From the NCBI GenBank assembly GCA_964591795.1, contig CAZQEL010000007.1, positions 1 through 32,000 on the forward strand: a DNA stretch of 32,000 bases, in the 5' to 3' direction. Both the position numbers and the translations under genes were made by a program. Below are positions 7,335 through 16,442 of the stretch, piece after piece. The notes under the pieces were generated by a model. It was not told the origin of the DNA. It saw only the letters and a list, made by a program, of their open reading frames with translations, and searched no databases. The DNA is from an uncultured archaeon (lineage in GTDB: Archaea > Iainarchaeota > Iainarchaeia > Iainarchaeales > CSSED10-239). Position 1 is the stretch's first letter, and each line of letters begins with the position of its first letter.

Positions 7335-9743
7335 TTACTTTTTAGAATTTTCTTTCTTTGCAACTAAAATTTTTGTTTTAATTAAAGTATCTGGATTTAA
7401 ACTCATAGAATCAATTCCAATTGATACTAAAAATTTAGCAAAATCAGGATAATCAGATGGAGCTTGTCCACAAATACCAATGTATTTACCTTTTCTTCTT
7501 GCAATTTTTACAACTTTTGTAATAAGTTCCTTAACAGCAGGATTTCTTTCATCATAAATACTTGCTACAATTTCTGAATTTCTATCAAGTCCTAAAGTTA
7601 ATTGAGTTAAATCATTTGTACCAATTGAAAATCCATCAAATACGTCCAAGAAATCTTCCGCTAATATTATATTTGAAGGAATCTCACACATACCAATTAC
7701 TTTAAGCCCTAAAAATCCTTGTCTTAAACCATTTTTCTTAAGTTCAAAAATAACTTTTTTAGCTTCTTCAACAGTTCTACAAAAAGGAATCATTATTTCA
7801 ATATTTGTAAAACCCATTTCTTCTCTTACTTTTTTAATTGCCTTACATTCTAATGCAAAACCTTCTCTATAATTTCCTTGATAATATCTTGAAGCACCAC
7901 GCCATCCTATCATTGGATTTGATTCTATTGGTTCATATTCTTTACCACCAATAAGATTCGCATATTCATCAGATTTAAAATCAGACATTCTTAAAATAAC
8001 TTTCTTTGGATAAAATGCAGCTGCAATTCTTGCAATTCCTTGTGATAATTTATCTACAAAATATTCTACTTTATTTTTATAACCTATAGTTAAACTATCA
8101 ATTTCATCTTTAACAGCTTTATCTTTTATTTTATTATAATTTATTAAAGCTAAAGGATGTATTTTTATCCAAGAATTAATAATAAATTCTTCTCTTGCAA
8201 GACCAACACCATCTGATGGTAAAAAAGATTGTTCAAAGGCTTGTTCAGGATTACCAATGTTTAACATTATTTTTGTTTTTGTAGTTGGTATTTTTTTAAT
8301 ATTATGTACATCTTTCTTAAATTTTAAAACTTTATCATAAACATATCCAAAATCTCCAGAAGAACAATCAATTGTAATCATTTGTTTATCTTTTATTTTT
8401 AAAGTTGCATCAATTGTTCCTACAACACAAGGAATACCAAGTTCTCTTGCAATTATTGCAGCATGACAAGTTTTACCACCTTTATTTGTCACAATACCCG
8501 ATGCTATTTTCATTATAGGCACCCAATCAGGATCTGTCATTTCAGTAATTAAAATATCACCTTTTGAAAAAGAATTAATATCTTTTACATCTTTAATTAT
8601 TGAGGTTTTACCAGTAGCTATTTTTTGACCAATTGAAATACCTTTTACAATAGGTTCTGTTTTTCCTAAAAGTGTATATGTTTCAATTTGATTTAAATTT
8701 TTATTAGACTGAACAGTTTCAGGTCTTGCTTGAACAATATATACTTTTTTATTAATACCATCAACAGCCCACTCCATATCCATTGGTTTATAGTGTCCAG
8801 CTTTTTCTGAATAATAATCTTCAATAACACAAGCCCATTTTGCTAAAGTTGTTGCATATTTATCATCAATACAATATTGATTTCTATGATTAATATCAAC
8901 ATTTACATTTTTAACCGATTTATTACCTTGAGTATCATAAATCATTTTAATTGATTTTTCACCAAGTCTTTTTGAAATTATTGCATTTTTACCTTGTCTT
9001 AAAGTTGGTTTAAATATAACAAATTCATCAGGATTAACTGCTCCTTGTACAATGTTTTCTCCAAGACCATAAGCACCATTAATTACAACAACATCTCTAA
9101 AACCTGTTTCAGTATCAATTGAAAACATAACCCCTGAAGCTGCTAAATCACTTCTAACCATTTTTTGAACAACAATTGAAAGTGCAACTTTAGTATGACT
9201 AAATTTTTTTTCAACTCTATAAGCTATTGCTCTATTAGTAAAAAGAGATGCAAAACATTTCCTACATGCTTGAATTAAATCTTCAGGCCCTCTTATGTTT
9301 AAATAAGTTTCTTGTTGTCCTGCAAAAGAAGCATCAGGTAAATCTTCTGCTGTTGCGGATGATCTTACAGCAACATCAAGTTCTTTTGTTTTTTCTGATT
9401 TTGAAAGAGTATAATAGGCTTCAATGATTTCTTTTTCTAAATCATGTGGTATTTCTGCAATTCTAATTAATTTTCTTATTTTTGCACCTTTTTGAGAAAG
9501 TGCTTCTAAATCATTAATATTTAAATTTTTTAAAATATTATCTATTTTTTTAATAATTTCATCTTTTTGTAAAAGATATCTATAAGCATGAGCAGTAATT
9601 GCAAAACCATTAGGTATTTTCACACCTTTTTTAGTTAAATTTCTGTACATTTCACCTAAAGATGCATTTTTTCCACCAACTATAGGAACATCTTCAATTG
9701 CTATTTCATTAAACCACAAAATAAATTTATTTTCTCTTTTCAT
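7335..9743 (-). CDS. ppsA: phosphoenolpyruvate synthase (pyruvate, water dikinase)
   Basis: 802 aa. N-terminal ATP-grasp PEP/pyruvate-binding region (VGGKNASLGEM), phosphohistidine swivel domain (GGKTCHAAIIARELGIPCVVG), C-terminal PEP-utilising TIM barrel (GFSIGTNDLTQL). Confidence 0.95.
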   Translation of the reverse strand: MKRENKFILWFNEIAIEDVPIVGGKNASLGEMYRNLTKKGVKIPNGFAITAHAYRYLLQKDEIIKKIDNILKNLNINDLEALSQKGAKIRKLIRIAEIPHDLEKEIIEAYYTLSKSEKTKELDVAVRSSATAEDLPDASFAGQQETYLNIRGPEDLIQACRKCFASLFTNRAIAYRVEKKFSHTKVALSIVVQKMVRSDLAASGVMFSIDTETGFRDVVVINGAYGLGENIVQGAVNPDEFVIFKPTLRQGKNAIISKRLGEKSIKMIYDTQGNKSVKNVNVDINHRNQYCIDDKYATTLAKWACVIEDYYSEKAGHYKPMDMEWAVDGINKKVYIVQARPETVQSNKNLNQIETYTLLGKTEPIVKGISIGQKIATGKTSIIKDVKDINSFSKGDILITEMTDPDWVPIMKIASGIVTNKGGKTCHAAIIARELGIPCVVGTIDATLKIKDKQMITIDCSSGDFGYVYDKVLKFKKDVHNIKKIPTTKTKIMLNIGNPEQAFEQSFLPSDGVGLAREEFIINSWIKIHPLALINYNKIKDKAVKDEIDSLTIGYKNKVEYFVDKLSQGIARIAAAFYPKKVILRMSDFKSDEYANLIGGKEYEPIESNPMIGWRGASRYYQGNYREGFALECKAIKKVREEMGFTNIEIMIPFCRTVEEAKKVIFELKKNGLRQGFLGLKVIGMCEIPSNIILAEDFLDVFDGFSIGTNDLTQLTLGLDRNSEIVASIYDERNPAVKELITKVVKIARRKGKYIGICGQAPSDYPDFAKFLVSIGIDSMSLNPDTLIKTKILVAKKENSKK

Positions 9744-10103
9744 ATATTAATCACAATCTATTTATTATTTTACAATATTAGTTAACCTAACTATTTTTAT
9801 AGTTATCTTGCACTTAAATCACTGCCATTATCGTCGTCTCCAAATTGACCATTAAATCCACTAAATTCTAAACTTCCATCAAATTAAAAACTACCAAATC
9901 TTATATTTAAATTATTTAAAATAAATTTATTAGATTCTATATTTATTTTTATAAAACTGCTTAATACCATTTTTCAAAAACATTTACAACACCATTAAAA
10001 TTTAAATTATAAATTATTTTTATTTAAAAAATATTAAAATATTTTACCTAAAATAATGATAACATTAATAATAATAATTAAAATAATATAAAATATATCT
10101 TTT

Positions 10104-10970
10104 TCATAAATATTCGTCATTTATAATTTCTTTTAATAAATCAATAACTTGTAAAAAAGAACCATCATTAACAATTACAATATCAAAAGTATTTTTGTAA
10201 ATTTCTAATTTATGTTCAATATCTGAATTTAAAAAACCTATTGAAAGAATAACTTTATTATTTAAGCCATCAACCATTTTCACATCTTCAAGAGAATCTC
10301 CTATAACAATTACATTTTTCCTCTCTTTTATTTGATTATAATAAGAATTATTTTTTAATTCAAATTCATTTTTATTAAGTATATGTATTGTTTTATCTTT
10401 ATAATTTGGTTTTGCATAACCATTTTGATCCCAATCAAAGAAATTAGAAACAATCTCTATATTTGAAAATAACAAATTTTCTTTGTTTAAAACAGAAATT
10501 ATAAAATCACCTATTCCTGAAGAAAATATAAGTAAAGGAATTTTTTTGTCAAAAAGAAATTTAAAAAAAATATCAACCCTTTCTCTTAATTCCATATTGG
10601 ATTTAATAATAATTTCTGAAACTATATTTTTATTCATTTTTGATTCTGAAATTAATTTTATGTGCTTTTCCCACCATTCTTTCATTTTTTCTTTCTTTTC
10701 TTCAAAAGGAATTGAAATATCAACCTCTATTGAATGATATTTATCATAAAGTGCATACGATTTTTGAGGATAATTATCTTCAAGATAACCACCATCTCTT
10801 ATTAAAGAAATTGCAGATTTAAATTTGCCAGTTTTAGTATATTCTTTATTTAATGTTTTATCAAAATCAGAAACAACATGAAGATGATTAATTCCATCTT
10901 TTTTAATTAGATCCAATTTTTCTTTTAATAAATCTCTATTTTTAATAAAAACATCTTTTAATAACTTCAT
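10104..10970 (-). CDS. HAD-superfamily hydrolase, pyrimidine 5'-nucleotidase (UMPH-1 / cytosolic 5'-nucleotidase III) family
   Basis: HAD motif I VVSDFDKTL, motif II-like LLIFSSGIGDFI, motif IV VIGDSLEDVKMVDG. A large cap sits between motifs I and II. Spacing and wording match the NT5C3/UMPH-1 family as recalled from memory. Confidence 0.65.
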   Translation of the reverse strand: MKLLKDVFIKNRDLLKEKLDLIKKDGINHLHVVSDFDKTLNKEYTKTGKFKSAISLIRDGGYLEDNYPQKSYALYDKYHSIEVDISIPFEEKKEKMKEWWEKHIKLISESKMNKNIVSEIIIKSNMELRERVDIFFKFLFDKKIPLLIFSSGIGDFIISVLNKENLLFSNIEIVSNFFDWDQNGYAKPNYKDKTIHILNKNEFELKNNSYYNQIKERKNVIVIGDSLEDVKMVDGLNNKVILSIGFLNSDIEHKLEIYKNTFDIVIVNDGSFLQVIDLLKEIINDEYL

Positions 10971-10982
10971 AATAAAAAAACC

Positions 10983-11792
10983 TCATTTTAATATTTCTTT
11001 TTTAAAAAGATTATAACGTCTATAATTTTTAGTTTTACTAGATTTATAATTTATGGCATTAAATGGACACATATTATAACATTTAGTGCACATTATACAT
11101 TTATTTGAAAATTTAACTTCTCTTTTTTGTTTTTTAACAACTATATTTTGAGTAGGACAGCCTCTTTCACAAATACCACAAAGAGTACATTTATCATAAT
11201 CCACAACCCATTTTTTTCTAGTAAGAGATTTGTTTAAAAAGTAATTTACTATGTTAGAAAATAATTTATTAAATATATTAACTTTGATAATATTTTCTTG
11301 ACCACTATATAATGAATTAAAATCAACTCTTATTTTATCTTTAACTAAACTAATTTTAGTAGAAATTAATTTTTCTTCAATTAAATCTTTTGAAAACATA
11401 AAAGAAACATTATCAGGCATAGAATAAAAATAAGTAGAAACCACATTATATTTTTTATCTAAAAGTTTTTTTCTTAAAGAACTAAAAGAAGCACCAACCA
11501 TACCACCACAAGTAGCTAAAAGTAACACTGGTTTATTAGTGGATACAGTAGGTAAATTTGAAATAAATTTTTCAACCATTTGTGGAGCTTTAAAACCATG
11601 CACAGGAAAAGCAATAACAAGCATTTCATACTCAGCTTGGCTTTTTGAAACATCAATAGTTTCAATTGGAATCATGTCAACAGAAATTGATTTTAATAAA
11701 AGTTCTTTTATATAAAGGTTAGAAACGAATAAAGTATTTCCTGTTCCTGAAAAATAATATAATGCTATATTTTTTATATTTTTAAAATACAT
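10983..11792 (-). CDS. flavodoxin-fold protein fused to a 2x[4Fe-4S] ferredoxin domain (EFR1-like)
   Basis: N-terminal flavodoxin-like YYFSGTGNT. C-terminal CTLCGICERGCP and CIMCTKCYNMCP (CxxCxxCxxxCP twice). Confidence 0.7.
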   Translation of the reverse strand: MYFKNIKNIALYYFSGTGNTLFVSNLYIKELLLKSISVDMIPIETIDVSKSQAEYEMLVIAFPVHGFKAPQMVEKFISNLPTVSTNKPVLLLATCGGMVGASFSSLRKKLLDKKYNVVSTYFYSMPDNVSFMFSKDLIEEKLISTKISLVKDKIRVDFNSLYSGQENIIKVNIFNKLFSNIVNYFLNKSLTRKKWVVDYDKCTLCGICERGCPTQNIVVKKQKREVKFSNKCIMCTKCYNMCPFNAINYKSSKTKNYRRYNLFKKEILK

Positions 11793-11933
11793 ATATTAAG
11801 TATCCTTTTAAAATTAAAATACATATATAATATTAGAAACATTTAAAAAGAAATATATAGGTCACTTACTTCCAATAAATATATATTCTATTAAGAACAT
11901 ATATTATATCTTATTTTAAAAAAATGATCAAAT

Positions 11934-13838
11934 ATGACACTAAAAAAAATATACTTTAGACACTCAAACTTTAGAGATGAACAAAAACAAATTATTATAG
12001 ATATACTTGAAGCTTTAAAAAATAAAAAAAATATGATTTTACATGCTCCTACAGGAACTGGAAAAACAGATGCAGCTCTTTCGGCTGCAATTAGTTATGG
12101 ACTTGAAAATAACAAAAAAATATTATTTTTAACACCTAAAACATCTCAACACAAAGTTGCATTAGATGTAATTCGTGGAATTAACTTAAAATATAATAGT
12201 AAAATTAAAGCAATTGATTTTGTAGGAAAAAAAAACTTATGTATTGAACCAGGAATTTCACAAATGAAAGCTGGTTTTTATGAAATCTGTAGACATGCTG
12301 TTCAAAATAAACAATGTCCTTTTTATTTAAATGTAAAACCAATAAATAAAAACGAAAGAGAAATAACTGATCAATTGATTGAAAGAGAAAATAAAAATTT
12401 AATGATCCTTTCATCCGAACATTCTAAAGATATAGCCTATAATTTTAAATCACTACAAGAAAAACCAATGCCTCTATGTCCATATGAATATTCTAAAATT
12501 TTTGCAAGAGATTGTCAAGTTATTGTAGCAGACTATTATCATTTATTTTCTAAAAAAATAGCAGATTCTTTCCTAAGTGAAATAAATATAGATATTAAAG
12601 ATTGTATTGTAATCGTAGATGAAGCACACAATTTAGAAGAAAGAATAATAAAACTATTATCAAAAACAATTAATGTAAGTATTATTAATAGAGCAATAAA
12701 AGAAGCTGAAGAAATAAATGAACTTGATGTTGCAACATTTTTAAAAGAATTTATAATTAATCTTGAAGAAATTGCAGATATTAAATTTAAAAATAAAAAA
12801 AATGTTTATGAAAAAGAAGAACACATAAAAGAACATGAACTTTTATTTAAAAAATATTTAGAAAATATTGAAGAACAAATAAATAAAGTAGAAGAAGCAG
12901 GAATAAATTATCTTGAAAAGAAAAATGAAACCAGATCTTCTCTTGTTAATTTAGCTTTATTCTTTGAAAATTGGTTTTTAGTAAAAGGAGACGATTTTGT
13001 AAAATACATTAAAATTGAAAATAATGTTATCAGTATTAAAAATAACGCAATGGATGTGTCTAAAATCACAAAAGATGTATTCAAAAGTTGCTATGCTGGA
13101 ATCATAATGTCAGGAACTTTAACTCCACTTAAAATGTATGAAGAAATATATGGACTTAAGGGTAATACCATATTAAAAGAATACAATTCTCCTTTTCCAA
13201 AAGAAAATAGACTTGATATTTTAATTAATAATGTCACTACAAAATACACTAATCGAAATGTAGATGAATATAAAAAAATTGCAAAAATTACAAGTGAACT
13301 TGTTAATGCAATTCCAGGAAACACAATTGTTTTTTTTCCAAGTTTTGAGATGATGAAAAATATTGAAAAATTTATTATTATAAGTAAACCAAAAATTTAC
13401 CAGGAAAAAGAAAGCACAACTGAGTCTTTTGAAAAAATGATTTCAAAATTTAAACAAAATTCAAATTTATTAGGATCCTGTTTATTTGCAGTAATGGGTG
13501 GAAAAGCATCAGAAGGAATAGATCTACCAGGAAATCTTTTAATGGGTGCAATTATTATTGGAATTCCACTATCTAAAATGGAAATTTATACAAAATCAAG
13601 AATTGATTATTATGAAAAATTATATAAAAAAGGATGGCAATATGCTTATATTCAACCAGCCTTACAAAAAGTAATTCAAAGTGCAGGAAGAGTAATTAGA
13701 AGTGAAAAAGACAAAGGAGTTATAGTTTATTTAGATTCTCGATATGAATGGGGAAAATATAAACAACATTTACCTAAAAATATAAAATTCACAAAATCTA
13801 AGGACTATAAAGAAGAAATAGACAATTTCTTTTCATAA
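11934..13838 (+). CDS. xpd: XPD/Rad3-family 5'-3' DNA helicase with Fe-S domain
   Basis: Walker A HAPTGTGKT and DEAH box VIVDEAHNL. Four Cys lie between motifs I and II (NLCIEP, EICRH, KQCPFY, PLCPYEY) for the 4Fe-4S cluster. C-terminal helicase motifs GKASEGIDLPG and IQSAGRVIRS. Confidence 0.85.
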   Translation: MTLKKIYFRHSNFRDEQKQIIIDILEALKNKKNMILHAPTGTGKTDAALSAAISYGLENNKKILFLTPKTSQHKVALDVIRGINLKYNSKIKAIDFVGKKNLCIEPGISQMKAGFYEICRHAVQNKQCPFYLNVKPINKNEREITDQLIERENKNLMILSSEHSKDIAYNFKSLQEKPMPLCPYEYSKIFARDCQVIVADYYHLFSKKIADSFLSEINIDIKDCIVIVDEAHNLEERIIKLLSKTINVSIINRAIKEAEEINELDVATFLKEFIINLEEIADIKFKNKKNVYEKEEHIKEHELLFKKYLENIEEQINKVEEAGINYLEKKNETRSSLVNLALFFENWFLVKGDDFVKYIKIENNVISIKNNAMDVSKITKDVFKSCYAGIIMSGTLTPLKMYEEIYGLKGNTILKEYNSPFPKENRLDILINNVTTKYTNRNVDEYKKIAKITSELVNAIPGNTIVFFPSFEMMKNIEKFIIISKPKIYQEKESTTESFEKMISKFKQNSNLLGSCLFAVMGGKASEGIDLPGNLLMGAIIIGIPLSKMEIYTKSRIDYYEKLYKKGWQYAYIQPALQKVIQSAGRVIRSEKDKGVIVYLDSRYEWGKYKQHLPKNIKFTKSKDYKEEIDNFFS

Positions 13839-13941
13839 ATCTTAAAAAACCATTTCTTTTTAAATGATTATGTGCATATATTATATTAATAAGAATAAAC
13901 ATTTAAACTAAAATTAAATTTAAAATATAAAGTGAGTAAAT

Positions 13942-14226
13942 ATGAATCTTCCAAAAACAGTAAAAGCATATTGTAAAAAATGTAAAAAACATACTGAACA
14001 AAAATTAAAAGCTTTCAAAGCTAGAAAAGCAAGAGCATTGGCTATCGGAACTAGAAAAAATGAAGCAAAACACAAATCCGGTTATGGTGGTAAAGCTAAA
14101 TTAATTAAACCAGTTAAAAAACAAAATAAAAAACCAATTTACACAGCTGAATGCTTAATTTGTAAAACAAAAAGTTATTTTGTAATACCAAAAAAAATGA
14201 AGAAAACTGAAATTAAACAAGAATAA
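13942..14226 (+). CDS. rpl44e: 50S ribosomal protein L44e (eL42)
   Basis: 94 aa. CKKCKKHT...ECLICKTK zinc ribbon and central KHKSGYGGKAK. An archaea/eukaryote-specific ribosomal protein. Confidence 0.9.
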   Translation: MNLPKTVKAYCKKCKKHTEQKLKAFKARKARALAIGTRKNEAKHKSGYGGKAKLIKPVKKQNKKPIYTAECLICKTKSYFVIPKKMKKTEIKQE

Positions 14227-14324
14227 TTTTACAATTATTCTTTGTTTTAAAAACTCTTTTTCTTTTCTATTTTTTTATTATTAAAAACAAAGTATTTTTA
14301 AATTAAATTCATAACTATACTATT

Positions 14325-15005
14325 ATGGTTAAAATAGATAACTATTATAGAGTAGTTGCATCAACTTTTGGAATTGCTTATATCATAGGTATAATTATTG
14401 CTTTAATATATGCCTATAGAGGAGAAATAATAGTTCAAACAGGAAGTAGTTTTATACAAAATCTATCTTTAACAAATTCAATTTATTTTAAACAAACGAT
14501 GTATGAGATATTTAATAATGCCACAGATTTATTTTTAGTGCCTTTTGCATATTTAGTTGCAGCAATCCAATTTTCATATATGCATGTAAATTTACTTACA
14601 TCTTCATTTTTAGGTCAAGTTAAACTACTAGTACAATTAATTCCACAATTTTTATTTTTTATAACATATATTATTTCAGCAACTTTAGGAATTAAAGTAC
14701 TTTTATTAATAGTTAAAACTTTTATAAATAGCTTTATAATAAAAGAAAATAAATATAAAATTAAAGAGCAATTTTTTACAAAAGAAGATATTAAACTTTT
14801 TTATATTGGTTTATCCACAATTGTTATTGGAGCAACAATTCAAACACATTTAATTAAAGTTTTATTTATTTTCTTTGTTAATTTAAAATCAATTGCCTAT
14901 ATTTTAATTGCTCTTGTATATCTTTTGATAATAATATTATCTGGATACATTACAATTAAAACAATTAACAATTATTTAAAAAAATATAAGAAAGAAAAAT
15001 TATGA
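14325..15005 (+). CDS. polytopic membrane protein (hypothetical), translationally coupled to the downstream ATPase
   Basis: 226 aa with about 5-6 hydrophobic segments. The stop overlaps the next start (ATGA at 15002-15005). There is a weak, unverified resemblance to SpoIIM/DUF95-type membrane proteins (EIFNNATDLF...). Confidence 0.6.
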   Translation: MVKIDNYYRVVASTFGIAYIIGIIIALIYAYRGEIIVQTGSSFIQNLSLTNSIYFKQTMYEIFNNATDLFLVPFAYLVAAIQFSYMHVNLLTSSFLGQVKLLVQLIPQFLFFITYIISATLGIKVLLLIVKTFINSFIIKENKYKIKEQFFTKEDIKLFYIGLSTIVIGATIQTHLIKVLFIFFVNLKSIAYILIALVYLLIIILSGYITIKTINNYLKKYKKEKL

Positions 15006-16297
15006 GTTTAGATTTTACAGAAAATATTGTTGTTGGAAGACGGCAAAACGATCTTAAAAAATACAAAGAAAAAGCAACAGGTTATATTGGAAAAGTTGTT
15101 GTTTCTGGTGGAGATAATCCAATTTTAGGAAAAAAAGTGCTAATGGATCTTTCAAGATCACATGTAATGATTATTTGTGGTAAACGTGGTGGAGGAAAAT
15201 CATACACACTATCTGTTGTAATGGAAGAATTTGCAAAACAACCATTTGAAATAAAGGACAGACTATCTGTAATTGTAATAGATACTGTTGGTATTTTTTG
15301 GACCATGAAATACCCAAATAAAGAAGTACCACAAAAAGTTTTAGATAAATGGAATTTAACTCCAGAAGGAATAAAAATTAGAAATTTAATACCTTTTGGA
15401 AAAAAAGAATTTTACACAGAAAAAGAAATTCCTTTTGATGCTCCTTTTTCAATAAGAACTTCTCAAGTTGATTTAGAAGATTGGTTAGCTTTATTTAGAC
15501 TTACTTGGAGAGATCCTGAATCATCTTTACTTTCAAGAACCATTGAAAATTTAAAATTAAAACTTGGTAATTTATATGATATTGATGATATTATTACTCT
15601 TTCAAAAAAAGATATTGAAACAACAAAAGAGACTATTGATTCATTAACTAACAGATTAAGAGTTGCAAAAACATGGGGCCTTTTTTCAAAATCAGGAACT
15701 ACCATGAAAGAGTTTGCAAAATCAGGAACAATAACAACTATTGATGTATCAACCTACAAACAAGCAATAGGTATGGAATCTGTCCAAGAATTAATTGTTG
15801 GTCTTTTAGGTAAAAAGTTATATGAAGAGAGAATGCTTTACAGAAAAGAAGAAGAAAAAAGTCTTCTTGAAGGTAAAAATAAAACCAGTGAAATGCCAAT
15901 TGTTTGGATGGTTATTGATGAAGCACACATGTTTATGCCACAAGACAGACCAAGTATGGCATTAGATGTTTTATTACAATGGATAAGAGTAGGTAGACAA
16001 CCAGGACTTTCATTAATTCTTGCAACTCAAAGACCAAATAAACTTCACTCAGAAACAATATCTCAATGTGATTTATTTTTAAGTATGAGAATGACTGCTC
16101 AAGAAGATATTCAAGCAGTTTCATCAATAAGACCTAGTTACTTACATGTACCTATGGATAAATACTATGCACAAATGCCTAAAGAACAAGGTTATGCAAT
16201 AATGATTGATGATAACTCAGAAAAAGTAATGCTTTTAAAAATCAGACCTAGAACAACATGGGATGGTGGAAAAACAGCTAATGTTTTCTCAGATTAA
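15002..16297 (+). CDS. HerA/FtsK-superfamily (DUF87-type) P-loop ATPase lacking an N-terminal HAS barrel
   Basis: Walker A CGKRGGGKSYT and Walker B VWMVIDEAHMF. GRQPGLSLILATQRPNKLHSETISQCDLFLSMRMT is the HerA-like sensor/arginine-finger block. C-terminal RPRTTWDGG. Only ~55 aa precede Walker A. Confidence 0.75.
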   Translation: MSLDFTENIVVGRRQNDLKKYKEKATGYIGKVVVSGGDNPILGKKVLMDLSRSHVMIICGKRGGGKSYTLSVVMEEFAKQPFEIKDRLSVIVIDTVGIFWTMKYPNKEVPQKVLDKWNLTPEGIKIRNLIPFGKKEFYTEKEIPFDAPFSIRTSQVDLEDWLALFRLTWRDPESSLLSRTIENLKLKLGNLYDIDDIITLSKKDIETTKETIDSLTNRLRVAKTWGLFSKSGTTMKEFAKSGTITTIDVSTYKQAIGMESVQELIVGLLGKKLYEERMLYRKEEEKSLLEGKNKTSEMPIVWMVIDEAHMFMPQDRPSMALDVLLQWIRVGRQPGLSLILATQRPNKLHSETISQCDLFLSMRMTAQEDIQAVSSIRPSYLHVPMDKYYAQMPKEQGYAIMIDDNSEKVMLLKIRPRTTWDGGKTANVFSD

Positions 16298-16442
16298 TTA
16301 AGTCTAAAATAAAATATTTAATACTTATTAAAAAGATAGAAATGAATAATGTATCTTCTTAAAAAAAATTAAAAAAATCATAATTTAATAATTTTATGTT
16401 TACAAGATATATTTTAATTAACTACATTTTTAAATAATAATT

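Noticed and set aside
9800-9900. Slightly GC-richer island in the 360-bp ppsA-upstream spacer, translating on the minus strand as FDGSLEFSGFNGQFGDDDNGSDLSAR*
   Set aside because: There is no start codon and stops lie immediately upstream. It is too short and low-complexity to call a gene or pseudogene. It may be a coding remnant, but that is unsupported.
10483-10822. Two plus-strand ORFs of 84 and 60 aa
   Set aside because: They are antisense within the HAD nucleotidase gene. They are low-complexity with no motif.
12205-13324. Minus-strand ORFs 12205-12414 and 13091-13324
   Set aside because: They are antisense within the XPD helicase gene.
15082-16127. Three short minus-strand ORFs (15082-15306, 15463-15705, 15933-16127)
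   Set aside because: All are antisense within the HerA-like ATPase gene, whose frame carries clear Walker motifs.
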